A stretch of DNA of 51,289 nt. Source: a virus (taxonomy: Duplodnaviria > Caudoviricetes). The first letter of the stretch is position 1; each line of letters opens with the position of its first letter. The DNA lies in IMG/VR virus record IMGVR_UViG_3300037246_001819, positions 1 to 51,289 of that record; one strand, 5' to 3'. A model generated the notes under the pieces. It worked only from the letters and a program-made list of their open reading frames with translations. It ran no database searches and was not told where the DNA came from. Of this stretch, positions 44,189 through 51,289 are shown piece after piece. Made by a program: the position numbers and the translations under genes.

Positions 44189-45010
44189 CTAGAGTGCAGC
44201 CGCTAGTCTCCACCAGTCGATGTACGCCTGGTTAACGGCGGACTCGGCGTTGTTGATGCCGAACGCAGGGGCCATCAGTTGCTCGTCAGGGAAATTGGCG
44301 TCGGCCGGGTCGCACTTGTCGGCCAGGACCACGCCATCGGCGTAGAAATATACGTCGGTCCCATCGAAGTACATGCCGACCTTCTTCCAGGTCAGCGCAA
44401 CGAGCGTGACCGCATCGGCCTTGACCGTGACATCCGCTCCACCATTCAGATTGTGAACGGTATCGAGCATGTCACCGTCAGCTTCGAGCCGGTGGAAACC
44501 GATGTAGTCCACGTCGGCCATCGTTGCGGCATCGACGATAATGCCGTTGGTAATGGCGACACCCGGCTCCATCAGGCCGACAAACAAGCCGCATTGCGTG
44601 TTGGTAATCAACTCGACCGCGATGCGGGCCTCGAACCACCAGGGCTTCAGGTAAGTTGTCTGGCCAGCGGCGATGATGCCGACGTTGCCGGCCATGAAAA
44701 TCTGGTCGTCGTCGGTGTTGTCCATCAGAAAGTTCAGGACGCCGCACTGCGGACCAGACCCGGCCGGAAGCAGGCTGGCTCCCGAGCCAGTTGCGATGAC
44801 GCCACCGGCGTCGATGTAAGTCTGATAGTTCTGCATCGTCACTTCGGCCGCGACTGCGCCGGGGCAGACGATGAAGTCATCGAAGAAGGTCACGCCGAGT
44901 TCGGGATCGCGGACCATCTCGTCCCATGGGCAGTTCTCCCAAATGGCCGGAGACGGTCCGCGCCCAGCGGTCGTTCCATGCGCTGGTCTCATGCTCACAC
45001 CAGGCATCAC
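44189..45010 (-). CDS. Capsid decoration/minor structural protein, paralog 1
   Basis: FFDDF...WFEARI...YFYADG...IDWWR beta-sandwich pattern; follows the capsid genes. Confidence 0.75.
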   Translation of the reverse strand: MMPGVSMRPAHGTTAGRGPSPAIWENCPWDEMVRDPELGVTFFDDFIVCPGAVAAEVTMQNYQTYIDAGGVIATGSGASLLPAGSGPQCGVLNFLMDNTDDDQIFMAGNVGIIAAGQTTYLKPWWFEARIAVELITNTQCGLFVGLMEPGVAITNGIIVDAATMADVDYIGFHRLEADGDMLDTVHNLNGGADVTVKADAVTLVALTWKKVGMYFDGTDVYFYADGVVLADKCDPADANFPDEQLMAPAFGINNAESAVNQAYIDWWRLAAAL

Positions 45011-45465
45011 GCACCTCCATCCAGCAGAATTTGCAGAGCACCCTTCGGCGACAAAGCTATCGCTTGCAGCGCTTCCGCAACCACCGTGCCTTGTCCTGCC
45101 CCGGTAAGCTCCCAGTCGTCCACGTTAATCATCAGGAGCTGTGCATGCGTGTACGTCTCTGCCTTGCAATAGCCGAGACACACTTGACCGATCCGGCCAT
45201 CAACGATCGTGAGCCGAATCGGGCCGGCCTTGCCCGCGCTGGGCAGGCCGACGGCGAGCCCCGCAAACTTGGTGAGTTTGCCGGTGCTGGGCTTCTCGAC
45301 CGTCGAAGCACGCTCCCAATCGACCTCATCAGCCGTGCCGATATCCCGGTTGTAGCAGAAGGCGTAGCCGTTGTAGATCGTCTCAGTCCCAGCGTAATAG
45401 ACACGCTTGTGGGATTCCTTTTCGCCGGGGGCCGCCCCCAGCACTTGCACTTTGTCTCCAGGCAT
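45007..45465 (-). CDS. Capsid cement/decoration protein
   Basis: 152 aa directly after the major capsid gene. Confidence 0.65.
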   Translation of the reverse strand: MPGDKVQVLGAAPGEKESHKRVYYAGTETIYNGYAFCYNRDIGTADEVDWERASTVEKPSTGKLTKFAGLAVGLPSAGKAGPIRLTIVDGRIGQVCLGYCKAETYTHAQLLMINVDDWELTGAGQGTVVAEALQAIALSPKGALQILLDGGA

Positions 45466-45525
45466 TTCAGTTCTCCAAGCGCCGAGGGGCAGGCCCTGCG
45501 GCGCTGACCATCACTTATCCATCGG

Positions 45526-46560
45526 CTACGCAGCCGTGGACATCTCGAAGCCCGCTTCACGCGGGTTGAAGACCACCAGGTTGAAACTGGTGTCGATCCA
45601 GTGCGCGTACGAACGCGGCTGGTACGGCAACCGCTGGGCCGGAAGCTCGTTCATAAACTCGTTCGTCAGGAACGTGAACTTCACCTGGTCCCAGTTGATC
45701 CCGTAGAACGGGTCATTGCTGTCGCTGTCCAGGTACGGCGTGTACGCGATCGGATTGCCGTGGAACAGCACCCGGCCTTCGAGCGCCGTCAGGTCCGGCC
45801 CGAGCCGGTCGTTCTGGTTCTGGGCAAGCTCGGTGAGCAGTTCCCACACGTTATAGTTCGTGTAGTAGCCCATCTTCCTCCCCCCGCCGGTCGTCCCCGG
45901 AGTCGGGTTCGGGTACGGGTTGAGGAATCGGCTCTTGTTGGCCAGTTCGCGTGCCTTGCGCACGAAGTCCGTACGCGAGACGTTCGTGTACTGGCCCGTC
46001 CAGCTCTTCCAGGCTGCGTAGTCGCCCCGGCTGATGCCGGCAACATTCGCAAACCCGGTCGGGTTGTGCCCGTTCTGGCCGACCGTCGCGTTGTGAGTGA
46101 AGTAGTACAGCAGCCCGTAGGGATCGTCCCCGGTGCCGCCGGTGGCCCAGAAGTACCGTTCCATCTGGTCCGCCAGGTCTTGGAAAGCGCCGAGTCGTCG
46201 CACGTTGACGATATTGACGATCCGCGTCTTCTCGTTCGATTGGAAGGCCGCCTCAAGCTCGTTGCTGACCCAGTAAGCGGTGACGTGTCGCCAGGGCACG
46301 TTGGCCTCGTCGAGAAGCATCGGCACATCGACATTCCGCTTCATGTACAGCCCGACCGCCTGAGCGGTATCGGTTTTTTTCACCTTGACCTGCCAGGTTA
46401 TTTTCTCGCCGGCCTGCGAGTTATCGCGCGCGTTGCGCATCAACTCCGGCAGGGCGACGTACTTCTGGTAGTCGAAGGAGATATCGACCCACACGTCCTG
46501 CTTGGCGGAATCTCTTGTCGCCGAAATGAGGTCCGCGTGGTCGCTGATCTGCATTGCCAT
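45526..46560 (-). CDS. Major capsid protein (HK97-like)
   Basis: 344 aa after the scaffold; GEKITW, PYGL.Y, FHGNPI.Y.P.LD, FYGINW. Confidence 0.85.
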   Translation of the reverse strand: MAMQISDHADLISATRDSAKQDVWVDISFDYQKYVALPELMRNARDNSQAGEKITWQVKVKKTDTAQAVGLYMKRNVDVPMLLDEANVPWRHVTAYWVSNELEAAFQSNEKTRIVNIVNVRRLGAFQDLADQMERYFWATGGTGDDPYGLLYYFTHNATVGQNGHNPTGFANVAGISRGDYAAWKSWTGQYTNVSRTDFVRKARELANKSRFLNPYPNPTPGTTGGGRKMGYYTNYNVWELLTELAQNQNDRLGPDLTALEGRVLFHGNPIAYTPYLDSDSNDPFYGINWDQVKFTFLTNEFMNELPAQRLPYQPRSYAHWIDTSFNLVVFNPREAGFEMSTAA

Positions 46561-46579
46561 TCTTCAATCCTTCACCGGC

Positions 46580-47572
46580 TCAGAGCTTGCCCTGCTTCCG
46601 CAGCATCTCATCCACGGCCCGTAGTTGGGCTGGTACGCCGCGGTTGTCCGGGTCAGCCACTTTGGTCTCGCTGGGCCGCGACACCGCGCTTTTGGCGCGT
46701 CTCTGCACGGCAGCGGCAAGCTGCTTCGCCTTTGGGTTGAATCCATTGGTCGCCGCGACTGCGTAAGCGGCGCGCTTGATATGCGCCGCCGTCACTCGTC
46801 GTGGCTGTCCGCCCGGAGTTGGCCCTTCGGCCTGCGCAAGTGCGAGAGCGGTCTGGTCGATCTTGAAGCGACGCTGAAAATGGTCGCCCTTCTGATCGAG
46901 TTCCAAGCTCGCGCCCCGACCGATGAACTCGTCCCATTCCGAGTCGAGTTTTCTGAGCTCGCCATCGAAGAATTGGACCGCAGCGGCCTGTTGCATCCCG
47001 GCCACCGCGCCCCGCATCTGATCCATTTGTTGGGACATGGTTACCATCGCCTTGTTGTAATGGTTGGTCATGTCCGTGAACGAGCTGATGATCTCCGTGC
47101 CGAGATTTTCTTGCTGCTCATCGCTCAGGTTGAGATTGAAGCCCGTGGGAGCCGGCGTGTCGGGCGGACTCGGTTGTGCCTCCGGCTTCGCCTTTTCAGT
47201 TGGCTTGCCTTCGGCTGGCTCTGGGGGCTCTTCGCCGGGCGGCTTCATCGCCTGTATCGTGATTTCGGCCACTTTGGCATCCGAATGAGCCAGGAAGTTC
47301 TCGAGTTGCTCGACGGTGCCAAGCGCGTGTGGATCTTCAATCCCGTAGCCCTTGGCGCGGTCAACCAGCTCGTCTGGCCACTCGTCAGCTTTGTCCTCGG
47401 CCGGATCCGACTCGGCAGCCGGCTCAGTCACCGCGCCGGAAACGTCATCGGCGGCGGGCTGATCCACGGCGGGTTCGGTGATGCTTTCGGGCTGCTCCTC
47501 CACCACTGGCGGTTCAGTTTCGCCAGATGGCGGATCGGCAACTGCCGTACCTGGGGATGGTTCATCAGGCAT
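46580..47572 (-). CDS. Capsid scaffolding protein
   Basis: Acidic Pro-rich N-terminus, helical middle, basic C-terminus; precedes the major capsid gene. Confidence 0.75.
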   Translation of the reverse strand: MPDEPSPGTAVADPPSGETEPPVVEEQPESITEPAVDQPAADDVSGAVTEPAAESDPAEDKADEWPDELVDRAKGYGIEDPHALGTVEQLENFLAHSDAKVAEITIQAMKPPGEEPPEPAEGKPTEKAKPEAQPSPPDTPAPTGFNLNLSDEQQENLGTEIISSFTDMTNHYNKAMVTMSQQMDQMRGAVAGMQQAAAVQFFDGELRKLDSEWDEFIGRGASLELDQKGDHFQRRFKIDQTALALAQAEGPTPGGQPRRVTAAHIKRAAYAVAATNGFNPKAKQLAAAVQRRAKSAVSRPSETKVADPDNRGVPAQLRAVDEMLRKQGKL

Positions 47573-47756
47573 CGCTGTCCCTTACTTTTTGGGGCGGACC
47601 GCTTCACAAGCGGCCCTCCCGCAAGGGCAGCGATCGTTACGGGACGATCTTACGGGACTGCAAAGCCCGTTTTCGCCACGTCCGGCGAAGACCACCTGTG
47701 AGGCGGCCTGCCAGAACTCCATTTAAGGCTATCACGCCCAACGCCGGGCGTCCAGT

Positions 47757-48035
47757 CTATTTTCGGCCCCGTAGCGTGTATCCACGCTCGAATGCCTCAC
47801 CCGGGCTGTACGACTCGTAGCCGTCCTCGTACACCACGTAGTATCCGCCGATCTTGGGGCGATGCTTCTCGGCCCAGGCGATAGGCAGTTCGATCACGGC
47901 GTAGCTCTCATCGGCCGGCCGCAGCAGTACGGTTCCGCTGCCGGTTGAGACTTCCGCGATCTTGAGCGCGTGGACTTCCTTGTGACACTTGTACTTTGGC
48001 ATCTCTCTCGATGCGGTTTCGGGTTCGCCTGACAT
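47757..48035 (-). CDS. Small phage protein (YKCHKEV.ALKI...GYYVVYEDGYESYSP..AFE.GY)
   Basis: AGGAG RBS; recognisable motif. Confidence 0.8.
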   Translation of the reverse strand: MSGEPETASREMPKYKCHKEVHALKIAEVSTGSGTVLLRPADESYAVIELPIAWAEKHRPKIGGYYVVYEDGYESYSPGEAFERGYTLRGRK

Positions 48036-48044
48036 CAGGGGCTC

Positions 48045-48245
48045 CTATTTGGATTTCTTGGCCTTGGCAACCTTCTCCAGTTCCTCGGCCTTGATGCGCT
48101 GCTCCTTCGCCATTCGCATCGCGGCGATCAGCGCGCGGTTCATCCGCTTTTTGTCGCGCTTAATCTCACCAGCGCGGGCCAGCGTGTCCGCGTCGGATTC
48201 AGCTTCCCATTCCTTGTCAGTTTTCGGCGCAGTAGCTGCCATCAC
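48045..48245 (-). CDS. Hypothetical basic protein
   Basis: EWEAESDADTL..A.EIK.D..R; GGAGG RBS. Confidence 0.7.
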   Translation of the reverse strand: MMAATAPKTDKEWEAESDADTLARAGEIKRDKKRMNRALIAAMRMAKEQRIKAEELEKVAKAKKSK

Positions 48246-48622
48246 GGCCTCCCGGACCAGTTGTCGTCGTGGTTACAGATGTTCCCCCGCATCACTTTCT
48301 GGCAGAATTCACGCTGGTGCTTGCGGCTGGTAATGATCGCCTGGCCAGCCCATAGATCCTTGTCTGGGCAGTCGCGTCGCACGAATTTCGTCGGGACGCC
48401 GCGTTCGACGGCCGTGCGTTCGGCATCGTTGATCTGCTCGGGATGCACGGCCAGCGCGTCGGAGTAGATCGGCCAGCCGGCGGCTCGCGGCTTGGCCTGA
48501 GACGCCCCGGTCATGCGCGCGCCGCAGTCGCACAGCGGAGCCCGCGGCCGGACCTGGCTGGCGTGCCGGCGCTCCCTCACCAGCCGCTTGCACTGCTCGC
48601 ACTTGAAAACGTAGATCGGCAC
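48242..48622 (-). CDS. FmdB-like zinc-ribbon protein
   Basis: GTG start (M)PIYVFKCEQC...CDCG; usual position after the portal. Confidence 0.75.
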   Translation of the reverse strand: MPIYVFKCEQCKRLVRERRHASQVRPRAPLCDCGARMTGASQAKPRAAGWPIYSDALAVHPEQINDAERTAVERGVPTKFVRRDCPDKDLWAGQAIITSRKHQREFCQKVMRGNICNHDDNWSGRP

Positions 48623-48624
48623 GG

Positions 48625-48906
48625 TCAGCCGTCCTCGACGATCGTCGGCACGGTTTCCTTCAGCGGCTCGACTGCCCGCGTTTGGAAATACTCGGACATC
48701 GCGAACGCGAGATTGATGAGTTCCTTGCACTTCGGCAGATTCGGCGTATCCTGCTCCCTGCCCAGTAGACAATGCAGCATCCCCATCGCCATGTTGGCGC
48801 GGCCCTGAGCAGCCTTCACCACCTGCTTCGCGTGCTGCTCCATTATCTGGTCAAGATGCACACCGCTCCCTGGCGGGAGCCCTGGGTTGTTCATGCGACC
48901 GCTCAT
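48625..48906 (-). CDS. Hypothetical protein
   Basis: ATGA coupling to the portal; AGGAG RBS. Confidence 0.7.
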   Translation of the reverse strand: MSGRMNNPGLPPGSGVHLDQIMEQHAKQVVKAAQGRANMAMGMLHCLLGREQDTPNLPKCKELINLAFAMSEYFQTRAVEPLKETVPTIVEDG

Positions 48907-50627
48907 GCGATTTCTCCTGGTTCGCTACGGTTGCCGGCGCCCATCAACTGTGCGGTCAGCGCGTCGTCCTGGTTCTCTTGCGACCGACCAGCGGCCGGCT
49001 CTCTGGGTGGACCGGCCTGCGGCGGCGGTTGGAGTTCGATCTGCGGCTCACGCCGGGTTGTCGTCTTGAAGATTTCAGCCAGTTCCGGCTGATCGCGGAG
49101 CCGGCTCAGCAGCCGGACGATTTCGGCAACGTCGATTGTCCCGCCCTGCGCTTGATACAGGGGATAAAGCGACATGAGCATCTGGATCGACTGCAAGAGC
49201 GACGCCATCCGCTCCTCTGGACTGCGATGCTGCAGCGCGTACACATCGACCTGAACGTCGTGCTCGAGGAAGCTGCCCAAGCGTGTTTCGGGGGTCCACG
49301 GTAGCGGAACCTCATAGGTCAGACCGCGCCGCTGGATCTTCTCAAAGAACTGCCGTTCGCGGATCGGGTCGGTCCACTCGTACCACGCCAACGCTTTCAC
49401 GATCCCGCGCGAGAAGTCCTCGACCCGCTTACTCATCGCCTTCATGCGTTTGGAGGCCGCCCGGCTCAGAATCCGGTCCTGACCCAGCGTCTCGCTTGGT
49501 GCCCGCATCCCGCCCATGATCTCAATCCCGCCGCCGAGCCAACTGAACAGGCTGCGCATCTGGATCACCGCGCCCGCCAGGTCACCCCCGATCCCGCCAA
49601 TCCGGTACTGTTTCACCGGGTCGGGGTTGCCGGTCCCGCGCAGCCATTCGCCGTCGAACGCCTTGTTGAGCCGGTCAACCAGATCCTGATCGTCGGCCTG
49701 GGTCAGCCCGACCTCTTTGGTTCGTTCGATTCGACCGAGCACTTTGCACATGGCGGTGTTCGCGCTCTGGTGCATCGCCTTTAGGATCGCCAGCGGAGAA
49801 ATCTGCGAGAGTTCGCCCGGGATGTCGTTGTACGTCAGATAGTGGTACGGCCCGACCTCCGGCCCGTCCCAGTCCTTCTCGTCGAGCACGTTCCAGGTCT
49901 TCGGCTCCATCGTGACGATCTTGCCCGAATCGCCCTCCATCGGAAGCCAGGCCATGGCGAGTTGCGTATGCGGTAGGTAGCGGTCCTTCTCGGATCGCGT
50001 GTCCTTGCCCGTGGGCAGCCCGGTGGAGCTGATAACGTCCTGGAGCTTTTGCGCGCGGAGTTCCTTGCGCGCCTTACGATTGAACCCCTTGAATTCCTGA
50101 GCCCAGTCGAGCGGTACCGTGAAAATCTCGCCAGAGAAAGTGATATAGGGCCAGCGCTCGGCCTCCACATCGTAGAAGAAGCGGTTCATCGGCACGGCGC
50201 GCACCGAGGTAGCGCTGGTCTGGATCGTACCCAGCCCCTCGACGTCGACCTCACCGGTCGTTTCTTCGGTGACTCGCACCACGCCCATCAAGAACAGCGA
50301 GTCGCCCAGAGCAGACTCCACCTCGCGTGAGGCGTGCGTCTCGATGATCCGTTCGTTGGTCCCGCGTTCGAGCCCACGCGCGGCTGCAGTCGCCGCCGGG
50401 TGTCGCGGTGTCACCAGTACCCGAAGGTCGCCCGGCATGAGTTCCTGTTGGTACGTGTTCCGGGCCACCTCAAGCAGGTTCACCGGCCTCGGCATGTCGT
50501 CCGACCCGTCCGGGTGCTGGTCGGCCATCACTTCTTGGATCAGGCTCCTGCGCTTGCGTCGGTGCTTCTCAAGCACCTGGGTCTGTGCGTCCTCGATCAC
50601 CTTACCAAGCGTCTTGCGCGTTTCCAT
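48903..50627 (-). CDS. Portal protein
   Basis: 574 aa between terminase and scaffold; PVNLL, FFYD, SETLGQD.IL, Gln/Pro-rich tail. Confidence 0.85.
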   Translation of the reverse strand: METRKTLGKVIEDAQTQVLEKHRRKRRSLIQEVMADQHPDGSDDMPRPVNLLEVARNTYQQELMPGDLRVLVTPRHPAATAAARGLERGTNERIIETHASREVESALGDSLFLMGVVRVTEETTGEVDVEGLGTIQTSATSVRAVPMNRFFYDVEAERWPYITFSGEIFTVPLDWAQEFKGFNRKARKELRAQKLQDVISSTGLPTGKDTRSEKDRYLPHTQLAMAWLPMEGDSGKIVTMEPKTWNVLDEKDWDGPEVGPYHYLTYNDIPGELSQISPLAILKAMHQSANTAMCKVLGRIERTKEVGLTQADDQDLVDRLNKAFDGEWLRGTGNPDPVKQYRIGGIGGDLAGAVIQMRSLFSWLGGGIEIMGGMRAPSETLGQDRILSRAASKRMKAMSKRVEDFSRGIVKALAWYEWTDPIRERQFFEKIQRRGLTYEVPLPWTPETRLGSFLEHDVQVDVYALQHRSPEERMASLLQSIQMLMSLYPLYQAQGGTIDVAEIVRLLSRLRDQPELAEIFKTTTRREPQIELQPPPQAGPPREPAAGRSQENQDDALTAQLMGAGNRSEPGEIA

Positions 50628-50639
50628 GGCAATCCACCA

Positions 50640-51062
50640 TCAAATCGGGAGCACCGGTCGCGTTCCGGCGACCCGGGGGTCGTCCGGGTCGTTCTTTAAG
50701 GTCAACTCCAACTCGACGGGCGCGCCAGCCAAGTCCATATGCCCACAGAGCACCGCAAGTTCCGTCCGCATACTACGGCCCATCTGCTCGATCTTCGCCT
50801 TCAGGTCCGCCGCGCGCCCGGGCGCGACCACCGCGAGCGTCACGCCCTTGATTTTCCGCTCGATCCGTTCGGGCATCCGTTCAAGGCTGACGCCTTCTCT
50901 GAGTGTACCGCTCACCCGGCAGCTCAGCAGCAGCGTGAACTTGCCCGGCTCGGCCTCTTCGAGTTCCATCGTCCAGTCCGATAGCGTCGGCTGAATCTCC
51001 ATCTTCACAATGGCTGCGCGAATCCGCTCAGCCGGGCCTTCAGTCTTCGGTGCAACGCTCAT
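50640..51062 (-). CDS. Hypothetical protein
   Basis: AGGAG RBS, ATGA coupling. Confidence 0.65.
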   Translation of the reverse strand: MSVAPKTEGPAERIRAAIVKMEIQPTLSDWTMELEEAEPGKFTLLLSCRVSGTLREGVSLERMPERIERKIKGVTLAVVAPGRAADLKAKIEQMGRSMRTELAVLCGHMDLAGAPVELELTLKNDPDDPRVAGTRPVLPI

Positions 51063-51162
51063 GCTTGTACTCCTGTCATCAACTGGAGCCAATCTTGTGT
51101 GAAGCCTTCGGCAGCCGGCCAGAGTCGCAGGGCTTTGAAAGCGTCGTCGAACTTCTTGTCCA
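51059..51162 (-). CDS. 3' part of the origin-spanning Tat-signal protein (starts at 586)
   Basis: In frame across the 127-nt overlap. Confidence 0.85.
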
Positions 51163-51289
51163 CCCTACTGACTGCAGCGCCGCTCGAATCGACAAGATGG
51201 CCAGGAACGATCTCGTCTGCGGCAATCGCAATGTGATTCACCCACCCGCCAGTCTGATTCCGATGATCGACGACGCTGATCGCCACGTC
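51163..51289. repeat. Terminal direct repeat, copy 2
   Basis: Identical to 1-127. Confidence 0.95.

Noticed and set aside
38627-44235. Long + strand ORFs (38627..40228, 42838..44235; also 35..778, 16055..17299, 20241..21605, 45601..46740)
   Set aside because: Antisense shadows of well-supported - strand genes in GC-rich DNA, with no motifs or RBS
43357-45010. Paralog pair as a DGR template/variable repeat
   Set aside because: Both are full ORFs, the mismatches I compared are not adenine-specific, and no reverse transcriptase motif was found

Overview
The window looks like a complete, circularly assembled genome (51,162 bp unique) of a GC-rich tailed dsDNA phage. Bases 1-127 are repeated exactly at 51163-51289. 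A short + strand early operon (about 4.3-9.4 kb) holds small genes, a clamp-loader-type AAA+ ATPase, a type II hammerhead ribozyme and a serine recombinase. Everything else is on the - strand. The packaging and virion block runs from putative TerS and TerL, across the origin, through portal, scaffold, major capsid, decoration paralogs, adaptor, nozzle and fibres to three ejection-type proteins. With no tape measure, tube or sheath gene, the layout is podovirus-like. A regulation, recombination and replication block follows: leaderless RHH-like gene, PD-(D/E)xK nuclease, SMC-like ATPase, RecT-like protein, ParB-like protein, SF2 helicase, DUF5131, holin-like and lipoprotein genes, primase and RusA-like nuclease. 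Three observations stand out. (1) A perfect 18-bp palindrome, TTTCGCCAATTGGCGAAA, occurs eight times, mostly within a fixed stop/GTAA-N19-TTAC/palindrome/RBS module and once inside the gene for an orphan ParB-like protein. (2) An origin-spanning gene, mostly missed by the ORF track, has a twin-arginine signal and contains copied fragments of the phage's own adaptor and capsid proteins. (3) Several intergenic regions fold into complex RNAs, including a hammerhead and a tRNA-like pseudoknotted element. All product calls come from motifs and synteny read by eye. No database search was run and the host is unknown.
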